Positions 29,543 through 43,534 of a DNA stretch of 64,000 bases are shown here, in pieces. Location of the stretch: the NCBI RefSeq assembly GCF_009914755.1, contig NC_060928.1; one strand, written 5' to 3'. This DNA comes from the human T2T-CHM13v2.0 reference genome, Homo sapiens. The translations under genes and the position numbers were made by a program. The notes beneath the pieces were generated by a model. That model was not told the DNA's origin, made no database searches, and worked only from the letters and a program-made list of their open reading frames with translations. Numbering within the stretch: the first letter of the stretch is position 1; every line of letters starts with the position of its first letter.

Positions 29543-30644
29543 AATTAAAATACAAAGCTCATGTGCAGTTTCTTATGCCTTTAGTCTTACAGACTCTGCT
29601 CATTTCCAGTTACTTGAGTCAACTTTTTTCCCGCTTCCTTCAGTGAAGTTGTTCTCTATATTCAACTGATCTCCTAAATGATTTTTAAAAATTTGCATAT
29701 ATTCAGTTTCATTTGTTCTGTAAAGTTCAATGTGTTTTGACAAACTCATAGCGTCACGTCATCATTACACTATCATACAAAATAGTTTCACTGAGCTAAA
29801 AAATAAAAATCCCTTGTGCTCTATCCATTGGACTCTTTTCTCCTTCCCCTGAATCCCTAACAATGATGGATCCTTTTATTGTCTGTACAGTTGTGCCTTT
29901 TCCAGTATGTCATAGCATTGGAATCATACAATATTTAAATATCTTGCCTTTTGAGACTGGCTTTTTATTTAACAATATGCATTTAAGATTTATCCCAGTA
30001 TTTTCATAAGTTATTAGCTCATTTCTTTTTATTGCTCAATAACAGTCTATGGTATAGATGTACTACAGATTGTTTATCCATTCACTTATTGAAGGTCATC
30101 TTGTTTGCTTCTAGTTTTTCGCTGTTTGAATAAAGATGGGATAAACAGTCTTGTGCAGGTTTTTGTGTGGAAATATGTTTTCAAATCAGTTGAGTAAATG
30201 TCTAGAGACACGATTGCTAGATACTATGGTAACATTAGTTTAGCTTTGCAAAAAAACTGCCGAACTGTTTTCCAACATGACTATAAGCATTTTGGATTCC
30301 CTCCAGCAATAAAGGAGAGCTCCTATTAAACCGATCTTCACCAGCAGTTGGCAAAGTCAGGTTTTTGGGATGGGGGTTGTTGACTTTTAGTCAATCAGTT
30401 AGATGAGTAGTGGTATCTCATTGCTGTTTAATTAGTAATTCTTAAAAGACAAATAGTGTTCAGCATCTTTTCATATGTTTATATGCAGTGTCTTCTTTGC
30501 TGAGGTATCTGTTCATATCTTTTGCCCATTTTTTGGGAATAAGTTTAACGGTTACTTATTACATACTTAGAGTTCTTTGTATATTTTGGATCAAGCCTTT
30601 TATCAGATATGTGTTTTGCAATATTTTCTCCCAGTCCATGATTT

Positions 30645-31583
30645 TCTTTTTTTTTAAGTTATTTTTAATTTTTGTTGGTACATAGTAGGTGTACATATTT
30701 ATGGGACAGATGAAATATATTGATACAGTCACACAATGCTTAAGAATAACATCAGAGTAAATGGGGTGTTCACTACCTAGCATTTATCCTTTCTTTGTGT
30801 TACAATCTACTTATACTCTTTTAGTTATTTTAAAATGTCCAATAAATTGTTTTTGACCGTAGTCTCCCTGTGTTGTGCTATCAAATACCAGATCGTCATC
30901 GTTCTATCTAACTACATTTTTGTGTCCATTAGTCATCCCCATGTCTCCTCTCTTCCACCGCTAAACTTCCCAGGCTCTGATAACCATTAGTCTACTCTCT
31001 ATCTCCATGAGTTCAATTTTAAAAAAAATTTTAGCTCCTACAAATAAGTGAAAACATGTGATGTTTGTTTTTCTGTGCCTCGCTTATTTCACCTAACATA
31101 ATAACCTCCAACTCCATCAATGTTGTTGCAAATGACAGAATCTTATTCTTTTAATGGCTGAATAGTACTCTATTATGTATATGTGCCACATTTTCTTTAT
31201 CTGTTCATCTGCTGATGGACACTTAGGTTGCTCCCAAATCTTGACTGCGAATAGCACTGCAATAAACATGGAAGTGCAGATATCTCTTTAGCATACTAAT
31301 TTCCTTTCTTTTGGGTATACAACTAGCAGTGGGATTGCTGGATCATATGGTAGTTCTATTTCTTAGTTTTTTGAGGAAGCTCAAAACTGTGGTTGTACTA
31401 ATTTACATTCGCACCAACAGTGTATGAGGGTTCCATTTTCTCCACATCCTCGCCAGCATTTATTTTCTGTCTTTTGGATAAAAGCCGTTTAACTGGAATA
31501 AGATGTCTTATTGTAGTTTTGATTTGCATTTCTCTGATGATCAGTGATGTTGAGCATTTTTGTATATACCTATTTGCCATTTT
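30645..31583 (-). mobile_element. L1MA2/L1MA3-like 3' end
   Basis: T-tail, ggtacatagtaggtgtacatatttatggg, gtgctatcaaatac; ORF2 C-terminus [15 protein letters not shown] (31398-31580). Confidence 0.88.
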
Positions 31584-31689
31584 TGGTTGTTGTTTTTAGA
31601 TAGTTATTATTTATTCTATTAAGAGACGACCCTTTGATTTGAAGACAATAAGAATATTTTATTGTTCTACCTCTTTTTTCCCAAGAATA

Positions 31690-31892
31690 AGTGTTGAATC
31701 TGACTTTTAGTTCACATTCTACTAATTGTATAATCTTGGATAAATTTATTAATCATATTATCTCTGCTTCCTCCTCTGTAAAATGGAGATCATAATAGTA
31801 TGTGTCATATCAGGTCATTTTAATTATTTAATGCAATAATGCTTGTAAAACATTTATGAAACACTCACTAAGTAAAATGTTAACTATCATTA
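31690..31892 (+). mobile_element. MIR SINE
   Basis: tcttggataaattt...ttcctcctctgtaaaatggagatcataatagta. Confidence 0.7.
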
Positions 31893-33194
31893 GAAGATTG
31901 TTTAAACAATAAATGGCATAATGTGGTCTTTAAAATCTTGATTCATTTTTGTGTTATTTCAATAATTTCTTCTTTTGTCCTGTTCCCTTATATTTTTTAC
32001 TTCATCATCTCCTGGTCTTCTTATAGTTTGTTAATCTTAAGACCAGTTATCTAGTTTTCCTTGATCATTTTGTGGACATCAAGCAGAGATTTTCTATATT
32101 GCTTATTTATTTCTTTTAAAAATATTTTTTCAGAAATATATGCATTATCTGACATTTTAGAATACAGCAAACCTCCTCACATTCACCTGCATGCTTGCTA
32201 AGAGTTGAAACCTGGGCTTTGGTGTTGAGCTGAAGACATAAATTGGTAACCACCGGAATTATCTGGCCTCACACTTCCATTGTTTATTTCACTCATATGC
32301 TAATTTTCTCTGTACCAGCAAATGCCAATTTAATTATGCCCTACAGTACACAGTGAATAATGTAAATTTAGTGGAGTTATGAATAAACTAAAATCATATA
32401 AACGTCACAAATATATGTCAGAACATGATGGAAAAAGTTTATTTTCCCCGAGGAAACCTGACTTTAAATTACATGATCCTTTCCTTTAGTGTTAACTTCT
32501 TTAGTCTAAATTTCTCTCTTAGTTTTATGTATAATCCTGAAATGAAGAGAAAAGTTAAATCACCACATTTCATTTTCCAAAATGTGAGATTGTACAAATT
32601 CTGGAGTGAGGTTGAACATCTAACACATCACACCACAAACATGCCTTGGTTTTGCTTTTTGGTTCTAAGTGACATGTAGAATAAAACTGGCATGAGTCTT
32701 AAAATTTTACTTTCTTGTTTAAAATAGCTGCTGACTAAATATAAATCTAGAGATGGAGACTGTTCTATAACTAGATTTCAGTATGATTTCTATGTCCACT
32801 ATATATTTTTTAATATACATTTTTTCTTACTTGGCTGACTTTTGTTGGCTTGGGGATGTTTTTTTTTTCCTTGTGATGTCAAGGGATTTTTCTCATGTCA
32901 AAATAAAAATCTTAACTTTTCACATATAAATACAATAACATGAGATCTGGAACACAGAGAGAGTCATAATGTTTTGTGGGGTTTAGACATAATCTTTCTT
33001 CCAGGAAAAATTCCTTTCAGATGTAACCAAAATCAGAAACATATTCCTATTTTGTCAGATAACAGTGGCGTACTGGACCAATGAGAAATAGCCGTCAGGA
33101 TAACTCGGGAATAAGAAGCAAAGCAAACACAAGCCCAGGGACTGCATGAACTCTGACTAGGGTTACTCCTTCCTGGGTGAATTTCAGAAACTCA

Positions 33195-33360
33195 CTGACT
33201 AGTAGAGTTAGAAGTGACCATAGAGATTAACCCCCATATTTTCCAGATGGGAAAACTGAGACCCAGAAAGGCTGAATGACTTATCCAAAGCTTTGAGGCC
33301 AGAATAAGATCTCTGGGATCTTATTCCAGTGTATCTTGCATGAAGCCATTCTGCTTCTCA
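33195..33360 (-). mobile_element. MIR fragment
   Basis: attttccagatgggaaaactgagacccagaaaggctgaatgacttatccaaag. Confidence 0.75.
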
Positions 33361-34249
33361 TATTTCTAATTTATGCTTTTTTAAAAAAGTCTTTTTAAAA
33401 GAAAATAGAATTAAAATTAAGTCAGGAGGCTAGTGATGATAATATTCACATTTATTTATAAATGTAATATTCACATTTATTTCCCCACTTGACAATGCCA
33501 TTTCAAGGCAATAGTGATGCTTAAGTAAAACCAAATTATCCTTGGGATATAAAAAATGATACAACTATTTACAATTTGGTGTGGGATAACTGGGATCTTG
33601 TGATTAGGTATTAACTGTAAAATTAAAATCTTGCTATGAGTTTGGTCTCACTCACCTAGGCTGAAATGCAGCAATACAAGTGCAATTGCTTAAATATGGC
33701 CCATTACAGCTACTGTTGTTCTCATGTTTATAACTATATTATTTAAATATATGAATATTCACTTATGAATATCCTTTAGTATTGAAGTTTATTGAGAAGA
33801 CCTATCCTATGTCACACTCTAGAGCATTCTGGTCAAAAATACGCATAGATTAAATAAATTCTTATTGTATATAGTACACCAGTAAAACCCAACCCACAAA
33901 AATGTTCTCAGGAAATTCTGGCAAGAAATAAATTAATAGCTATCTGTAAAAATTAGAATAATTTTTATGCACTGAAAATATGTGGTTATCACCTGTGTTT
34001 CACGGGGAAAAAAATGCCCTAATTCAGTGAATTTAACCTTCCATCCATACACTCTCAGGAACATTCCTGAATTCCAATATTAGATAATATTTATCAATTA
34101 TTTCTTTCACTTGTGAAAGATCTTGAAACTGGAATACTGTATTGTTTGTTTCCAGAGAGTTTGATACACAATCACAGCCTTTAACTCTAAGAACATGTTC
34201 CTACAAAACCTTGAAAGTCAGTATCTGCCATTTGTTCATTAGGCACTTT

Positions 34250-34296
34250 CTCATTGGAAATACTTAGAAATTACTCATTGGAAATACTTAGAATTA
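34250..34296. repeat. 24-bp tandem duplication (CTCATTGGAAATACTTAGAA(A)TTA x2)
   Basis: Read directly; one-base indel between copies. Confidence 0.9.
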
Positions 34297-34684
34297 AACA
34301 TGTGATTTTCACTAAAAATAATAACAACTAAGATAAGTGGTAGAAATAACAGGTTGTATAAGCAGATATGCTTGCAAAAACAACATCATTCTTTACAGTA
34401 CATGGAAAATTCCAGACATGGAAAAATTTACATTTGTTTAGTATATATTTTTCAGTGTCTGGTCTATAGTATATTCATATGCATATAATAGAATTCATAA
34501 AGAACATCAAAATTGTTTTAATGATTTTTATGTATGATTTTATTTTGTCTACTAAAATGCAAACATTTCTGATAGTAAGGATGCTTCTGCAACCTTAATG
34601 GAATAATAGTAGTAAAGAACAATATTGCACCTAGTCAATAACTGATCTAGAGATTAAATTTAGATTTAATTTTATAAATCAATA

Positions 34685-35370
34685 TGTCACTAGTAGAGGG
34701 TCGTGACTGCAAGTTGCCCAGGTTCTTGGCGTTTTGACCAAAGAATTGGACAAAAAGCCCAACAAAGCAAAGAAAGAATGAAGCAACAAAAGAACAAAAG
34801 CAGGGATTTATTGAAAATGAAAGTACACTCCAGTGTGGGAGGGGATCCGAGCAGCTGCTCAGGGGCCCAGATACAGAATCTTCGTGGATCCAAATACCCC
34901 CTAACAGTTTCCCATTGGCTATTTCATGATCACCTCATGTAAATAAAGTGGTAGCCCACAATCAGTCTGATTGGTTGCAGAAAGTAGCCAACCAGAGGCT
35001 GAAGTTACAAAGGTCACACTCCTGTGCAAATATCTGATTGGTTGCTTTTTGCTAGGGTGAAGTTACAAAGTTACACTTCTATGCAAACGAAGAATTGACC
35101 TGCTATCAGTCTGATTGGTTATGGACAGCAACCATTCAGAGGCTAGAGTGAAGTTACAAAGTTGCAAAGGAAGACTCCACCAGCAGTTGGTCTGATTCAT
35201 TGCAGACAGCCAATTTGCCATCTGCCAACAGAAAAGGTCAAAGGGAATAGTAGCCTCTGGTCCTTTTGTTACTTAGGCGTGGAAATTTAAGGTTTTCCTT
35301 TCAATTTAGTCCTAGGAAGTCGGGGTGAAATGGCCTTAGGTTCCCTGCCTCCAGACCCTATTCTGCCTCA
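34685..35370 (-). mobile_element. MER51A-like solo LTR (ERV1)
   Basis: tgtcactagtagagggtcgtgactgcaagttgcccagg...ccagaccctattctgcctca; repeated ctgattggtt and gaagttacaaag units (CCAAT array). Confidence 0.88.
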
Positions 35371-36048
35371 ATTATTTTAGATAAATTTTGACTTCTTGTT
35401 TTTGAAGAAATTGTATTAAAGAATTGATTAATAGAAAAGCAGAACAAAGTGAAAATGATGTTAGTAAGATATATTGGCAGCAAATATTAATTCTCACTTG
35501 TTAAGTGCTTTGAGCTTCACAGCCAATAGCACCTATCTAAAATCTAACTAATTTTGAATAAACACCAAAGGATTACTTAAGCACTAAAATCGTTTCCCCC
35601 CGAATGACTTTTATAATTATCTTTTCAGCATCTCATCAAGGCATCCTAGTTAGATGTCATGATTTGAAGTAGTTGCTATGAGTAAACTCTGCTCACCTCT
35701 GACTGATGTGTAAATAATTGCCTGGTAACATGATGCAAACCGTTACAAGATTGAAGTTATGGGCTTCTCCCATGACATCTCACTTTTTTTTTAATCCTTG
35801 CAAAGCCAAATCCACACCAAATTTTTAATGCCTGCCAGAATTAATACTGGTGGTTGGATATCTCTGATGAGATAGAAGATCTTAGAATGGAAAAGTTGTT
35901 ATTAATCTGTATCAGAAATAGAGATTACTCTTAATAAATTTAAGTCATGCAGTAGTTGTGAGCAAGATAATCATTTTCTGTACAAGACAGGATGCATGTG
36001 TTACTAGTACTGTATCTCTTTTCACATATAATTATTAAAGATAATTCA

Positions 36049-36355
36049 GACCAGATGCAGTGGCTCATGCTTGTAATCTCAGCACTTTGGGAGGCTGAGG
36101 TGTGTGGATCACCTGAGGTCAAGAGTTTGAGACCAGCGTGGTCAATAAGGTGAAACCCCATATCTACTAAAAATGTAAAAATTAGCCAGGCATGGTGATG
36201 CATGCCTGTAATCCCAGCTACTCAGGAGGCTGAGGCAGGAGAATCACTTGAAGCTGGGAGGCAGAGGTCGGGAGGCAGAGGTTTCAGTGAGCCGAGATCC
36301 TGCCACTGTACTCCAGCCTGGGCAGCAGAGAGAGACTCCGTCTTAAAAAAAAAAA

Positions 36356-36356
<1 letters not shown>
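36049..36356 (+). mobile_element. AluS (Sx-like) with an internal 14-bp duplication
   Basis: Two-arm Alu; gggaggcagaggtc gggaggcagaggtt; flanks aaagataattcag / aaacagaattcag. Confidence 0.92.

Positions 36357-36416
<60 letters not shown>
36357..36416. repeat. (TA)10(CA)20 microsatellite grown from the Alu tail
   Basis: Read directly. Confidence 0.95.
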
Positions 36417-36421
<5 letters not shown>

Positions 36422-37124
36422 AATTCAGCCTGATGCACTATTTAATATTAACTTTTAACAAGTTGTCACTTAAGGTAAAATAAGTTCTCAGGAAAAATAT
36501 TTCCTTAATGTGTACTCTGGAAATTTCAGAATAATCAAAAGAAAGAGTATCCAGCTAACACTATTTTGATCCTTAATATTGTAAAAGCTACTCAAATCCA
36601 GTCATTTTCTTTCAGTTTTTCATTCTTTATTTTAGGGGAAAAATATACTTCCATTGTGGTGATCTGAGGAAAGGAAAGAATGTTATAAAATATCACTCAG
36701 ACCAAAAATGAATGCCAATGACTATTTCTTCCATTGTATATTTTTCTCATTTTTGTCCGTTTTTTTTTTGTCTGCCAACTTTCCTATACTGCCAATGAAA
36801 TTATCATAAGTTTTTTATGATATAGGCAACCATTTGGGACACTTCCAGTTATTCAGTCAAAGCACAAACAAGAGCAGCTTTTGTATTTGAAGACAATGCT
36901 ATTGATGACATAGCCTTTACATACTAGAGAAACTAGAGACTTGTTACATAAGAATTTCTTTACTTTAAAACTCAATTTTTACTCAATTGGTATTTATCTT
37001 TAATTCTTTTAGATTCATAATTTTTAGATATCAGTTCTCTAAATTTCCATACTTCTATCATAACACTTATGACACTAAAATACTTCTCAGATAAACTAAC
37101 AAATCCCTCCACCAAACTACCACT

Positions 37125-37225
37125 TGGTTGAGGACAGTCTTCATCTTATATGACTTTGTCTGCCCATCCCAAGCAAAGACCTTGGAACCTAGTAGGCACT
37201 AGAGTAATAATTGCTGGACTAAGTA
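37125..37225 (+). mobile_element. L2 3'-end fragment
   Basis: gaggacagtcttcatctt...ccttggaacctagtaggcact. Confidence 0.5.
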
Positions 37226-37905
37226 TAACTACTTAAGATAATTTAATAGACATCTACAAGTCTACATCAAAGAGCCCACCTGCAGTGATATTCTGGTTAC
37301 TATAGAATCTGTGAGGACAATGGAAAAGAGATTATATTATCTATGAGTAAGTATGGGGCTTTGAGAAAAAACTGCCATGTGCTTTGACTGTTTATCTTTT
37401 ATACAGACAAAATCTTTTAAAAGTGTACCTTAATGTAACATTGAACAAAAGAAAAACAGAAAATTAAGACCAAGGGATCATTTAAATGTTTTACTAGTAT
37501 TGATGGAGCCAGTAGCCAGCTTCAGATCAGCATATGTTGTTGAGGGATTTGGGTACTTTAGATCATTTTTCAGTGCTGGCTGGCGACAATAGACTTCTGC
37601 CTCTTTTCCTTCCTCATCCAATTCACTAATCCCATTCTAGCCCTAGGTATCTGGTCCTTTTAAGGGAATGGAGAATGGAGGCAAAGATCAAGAACTAGGG
37701 CAATCATTCCAATTTCTCTTCTTCTAAGCCCATCTGAGGGGCATTCCCATGGATGGAAAGAGGATGAATACAAACTTTTTTGTTTGTTTTTTCCATTTGA
37801 TTCAAATAGAGAGTTCTAAGATGCCTTAACCTCATACCAGCACATTCTATCACATAACTAGAATTAAGTTAATCCCAACCCATTTTCTTTGGCTAGGATA
37901 GATGA

Positions 37906-38202
<297 letters not shown>

Positions 38203-39522
38203 GATAGATGACAGTTTTCTTACATTCCAATACTTAATTTTTCATTCAATGAAGTCTTGATAGTGTCCATAAGGGAGAACACACATCTTTTTGCAAATCT
38301 TTCCTAGAGAATCCCTAGAAACTCCTTTACCCTTTACAGAGAAACCTAGAACCCCTTGAATTTCAGCAACCTTTTTCCATTAAGGCAAGAAGAACCCAGG
38401 GGAGAATTCGGCCTGATCTTCCAGAAAACTATCAAAAGAATAAACAAAACATTTGAGGTCACAAACTCCTTGGTTCTATATCTCCTCTAATTAGCAACTG
38501 AGTGGCCCCCCATATATACTAGGGGTATTTCTTATGATTCCTTTCTAGTTGAGAAAGATCCAGATTCGGTGAGGGGCATGATCCTTGAGCCCCCTTAAAT
38601 TGTGCTGGTCAGAGAACTCATGAATATTCATATGAATAATAAATACATTTCTCCATTCAGTCCCAGAAGACAGATCTCTAACACAGTGCCTGCTACATTC
38701 TGATGTTTCTGTTTGTTCCTCAGTTGTTCAGCATAATAGTTTGTCATGGAACCTGTTAAATGAACTATTTCCATTTGAAATTTGGTTGATTTTCATGATT
38801 TTTGAAATATAGTAGAGACATTGTCTGTTAAACATGTGAAAATCATACTTCACGTTTTGTAACTTTTAAAATGTACTTAAAGTTATGTCAGATAGTAAAT
38901 CTCTCTCTCTCTCTCTCCCCCCACCATGTATCTTAAATTTCCAATCTTGTATGTGTGTGGGGAATTTAAGCCAGCAAGTTATTGAGTTTTGAGCAACTCC
39001 TTGTTGCAAAGCTTGGTCATAATTCTTACACCATTTTTTTTTCTTTTTTTTCCTCAGCATAGAGTCAGCAGACACATTTACCCCTTTGTTATAATGCATT
39101 AACTATTCAGCCTCTCTCCATTAATGTGCATATGCCCACTTACATCCTAAGAAGAAGCCATGTCCTTTTCATGAATGAAGCTCAGTGCCTACCTGTTACA
39201 GTAAAGTCTTATGTACTGATTTTTCCAAAAAAATTGCTTGAGCAGCAAATGCCCTCATTTCTGCTACCAGTCAGGGCAGTACATCTCAGGCCTTTGTTCT
39301 TCCCACACAGTTAATCACACAAGGCATTAGTAGAAGGGAAATGCTAACAGATGGGCAAGCTTTTTGTTCATGGTGTATTTCTTTCTTTTTAAGTAGGAGT
39401 ACATTGTAATCTGTTGCAGAAAACAGAGGGAAAAAAGCAACTAAGCACCCTTTTCTCCCCCAGATGGGCTGCAAACATCTTCTTGCATGTGCATTTGGTT
39501 GCTAGTTCAGCTTTTCTTACAG

Positions 39523-39539
39523 AGGTCAGCAGCAGGTCA
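39523..39539 (+). promoter_or_regulatory. Perfect DR5 nuclear-receptor element (candidate retinoic-acid response element)
   Basis: AGGTCA gcagc AGGTCA in non-repeat DNA; extra AGTTCA half-site at 39504-39509. Motif is certain; function is not shown. Confidence 0.45.
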
Positions 39540-40158
39540 TTCACAGAGTGTTGGCAATTTGTGCTAGGTGCTTTACAAAGACAGTCCTCCCTGTCTACTG
39601 GACTTCAAACACAAATAAAAATGGAAAATAGTGAAGCCAAAAGTAATGTGTGAAACTAAACAGCCAAACTTTTTTTAAAGCATCTTATGTTAAAAAAAGT
39701 ATTGTACAGATCAATTTTTACAATTCACTCCCTGCTTTTATTTCCCTTTCTTTCTGTACACAAATTCACCATTTATTTTATAAAGCATAATTTGAAATGA
39801 GCTGTCTTGTTTTGATGACAGTACATGAAATAGGCGGACCAAGGTTTATCACCTCACCAAAGATATTGGTGTACTGGTACAAGGCCAGACTTTGTTTTAT
39901 TAAATCTCCACAGATATCGTAACTGAACTGCTGGGGATACCTAGAAGTATACAGTAATGACATATCTCTAGTGCCACTTGTTGCTGATTAAAAATCAATA
40001 GTTTCCATTGTGTGAAATGATCCAGGTGAAAGGTTTCCCAGACATAAAGATTCTATGCACAGATGAAGCAAATAAATACGTGGATGCTGCTGAGGAGTTG
40101 TTTCCACAAATAATGAAAATTTTCACACAACTAGGGGCCTTGGTAGCAAATATGACAG

Positions 40159-41417
40159 TGCGTCCAGAATTGGTGGGTTCTTGGTCTCACTGACTTCAAG
40201 AATGAAGCTGCGGACCCTCGCGGTGAGTGTTACGGCTCCTAAGGCAGCGCGTCTGGAGTTGTTCGTTCCTCCCGGTGGGCTCGTGGTCTCACTGGGCTCA
40301 GGAGTGAAGCTGCAGATCTTTGCGGTGAGTGTTACAGCTCATAAAAGCAGCGTGGACCCAAAGAGTGAGCAGTAGCAAGATTTATTGCAAGGAGCAAAAG
40401 AACAAAGCTTCCACAGTGTGTACGGGGACCCAAGAGGGTTGCCAATGCTGGCTCCCGCAGCCTGCTTTTATTCTCTTATCTGGCCCCACCCACATCCTGC
40501 TGATTGGTAGAGCTAAGTGGCCTGTTTTGTCAGGGCGCTGATTGGTGCGTTTACAATCCCTGAGCTAGATACAAAGGTTCTCCACGTCCCCATCAGATTA
40601 GTTAGATACAGAGTTTCCACACACAGGTTCTCCAAGGCCCCACCAGAGCAGCTAGATACAGAGTGTCGATTGGTGCATTCACAAACCTTGAGCTAAAGAC
40701 AGGGTGCTGATTGGTGTATTTACAATCCCTGAGCTAGATATAAAGACTCTCCACATCCCCACCAGACTCAGGAGCCCAGCTGGCTTCACCTAGTGGATCC
40801 CGCACTGGGGTTGCAGGTGGAGCTGCCTGCCAGTCCTGCGCCCTGCGCTCACGTTCCTCAGCCCTTGGGTGGTCGATGGGACTGGGCGCAGTGGAGCAGG
40901 GGGTGGCACTCGTCGGGGAGGCTCGGGCCGCACAGGAGCCCATGGAGTGGGTGGGAGGCTCAGGCATGGCAGGCTGCAGGTCCCCAGCCCTGCCCCGCGG
41001 GAAGGCAGCTAAGGCCCTGCGAGAAATCGAGCACAGCGCAGGTGGGCCAGCGCTGCTGGGGGACTCAGTACACCCTCCGCAGCCACTGGCCCGGGTGCTA
41101 AGTCTCCCATTGCCCGGGGCCAGCAGGGCTGGCTGGCTGCTTGCAGTGCGGGGCCCACCAAGCCCACGCCCACCCGGAACTCCAGCTGGCCCGCAAGCGC
41201 GGCACGCAGCCCCGGTTCCCGCTCGTGCCTCTCCCTCCACACCTCCCTGCAAGCTGAGGGAGTGGGCTCCAGCCTTGGCCAGCCCAGAAAGGGGCTCTCA
41301 CAGTGCAGTGGGGGGGCCGAAGGGCTCCTCAAGTGCCGCCAAAGTGGGAGCCCAGGCAGAGGAGGCGCCGAGAGCGAGCGAGGGCTGTAAGGACTGCCAG
41401 CACGCTGTCACCTCTCA
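40159..41417 (-). mobile_element. LTR12C solo LTR (ERV9), CpG-rich
   Basis: tgcgtccagaattggtgggttcttggtctc...cacgctgtcacctctca; gattgg/gctagata repeats; perfect 4-bp TSD ACAG (40155-40158, 41418-41421). Confidence 0.95.
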
Positions 41418-41805
41418 ACAGGACTCACATGATTTGGCATTAGTTTCAATACTGGCAAAAAGTAAAAAGACCAACTGTATACTCTAGATTTCAGCTTGTT
41501 ACCTATTGATTTTAGCTACAATTTTAGATCATTCTTTGAAAAACTGTAACATGGAATGACTGTAGTGAAAGTCCTACATAGTTACTATACCTACATATTC
41601 ATAATCTATCTTATTAGAGATTGAAGTTTTAGAGACTTTTATTTTAATCTACCAAGTTTTTTTTCCTTATTCATCAAGGGAAGCCAAGTAGATTATCGAT
41701 CTTATTTAAATGTGGAAAGTGATCATTTCAGGTAAAATAGCAAAATCATCATATTAGCTAATATTTATTACTCACCATGTGACAGACACTGTGCTAAGTA
41801 CCTAA

Positions 41806-42242
<437 letters not shown>

Positions 42243-42562
42243 TTAAAGTTTCTTTTTCAAAGAATTATAGGTACTTTATGCTCCCATTATATTATCCCCA
42301 TTTTACAAATACGAAGATCAGGACACCTATACAAGGTACAAAGCTGAACTCTAGAGGAACTGGGATTCCCTTCACCTTTACCACAAAATAAATAACAAGA
42401 GAAAATATTTTACTCTTCCTTCAGTATGGAAAGAGAAAATGTTGTAATGTGTCCCTAGAACGTCTAAAGACTTAAAGAGGAAAATTAAAAATTGGTAAGA
42501 AAGAACTTTGAGCTTCATACAGAGCTGGCTGCCATGTCACTCACAACACCCCTTCTCTGAAC

Positions 42563-42812
42563 CAAAGACTTCCAAACTTTTTATCATGATCCATCACATA
42601 AAATACAATTTATATTCTAACACAGCACACTCTCATGCACACATAACTTTCTACATAACTGAAAAGCCTATTTTCTAAAGGAATACTTGGCCGTATTCAG
42701 ATTATGCTTTTTGATAATATTTTCTTCAGTTGTATTCCATTTAAAAATATTTGCCAAGCCCAACTTAAATCAAGTTTATGATTCTATGTCCATAACATTG
42801 AAAAAATGCTGA
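42563..42812. mobile_element. Old hAT-Charlie-family MITE (subfamily uncertain)
   Basis: caaactttttatcatgatcc...aaatacaatttatattc...ttgaaaaaatgctg terminal-like motifs. Confidence 0.35.
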
Positions 42813-42954
42813 TGTACTTCGAGGGTGTGATATCCATGTCTACTTTGAAAACAACATTAGCTATTTCTCTTTCCTGGTAATCATGCTTTTTCTTCCTGTT
42901 AGAAGTAAAACAATAAGGAGTGATGTGTATGGAGCTTTGTAAAATATATCTTTA

Positions 42955-43358
<404 letters not shown>

Positions 43359-43534
43359 TCATACCAAAGATATTTTGCTAAAGATCATCCAAGCAAAGCA
43401 AAGAGATAATCCAAACAAAGCAAATACACCCCAATCTAACACACAGGTATGATTGTATCTCTCCTCAGTTTAAAATTTGAAAAATTTGCTTTTTTCGTGA
43501 TCTTTAGAATATATTAAACTCTGTTTGATGGACT

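Noticed and set aside
34960-35200. Spaced repeats (ctgattggtt, gaagttacaaag) resembling an array
   Set aside because: Intrinsic internal repeats of the MER51 LTR; not CRISPR-like.
40495-40745. Roughly 40-bp gattgg/gagctagata repeats with variable spacers
   Set aside because: Known ERV9 LTR12 U3 enhancer repeats.
40734-41487. GC-rich overlapping ORFs (172, 203 aa) and apparent CpG island
   Set aside because: Almost entirely within the LTR12C U3 region; stop-poor because of GC content.
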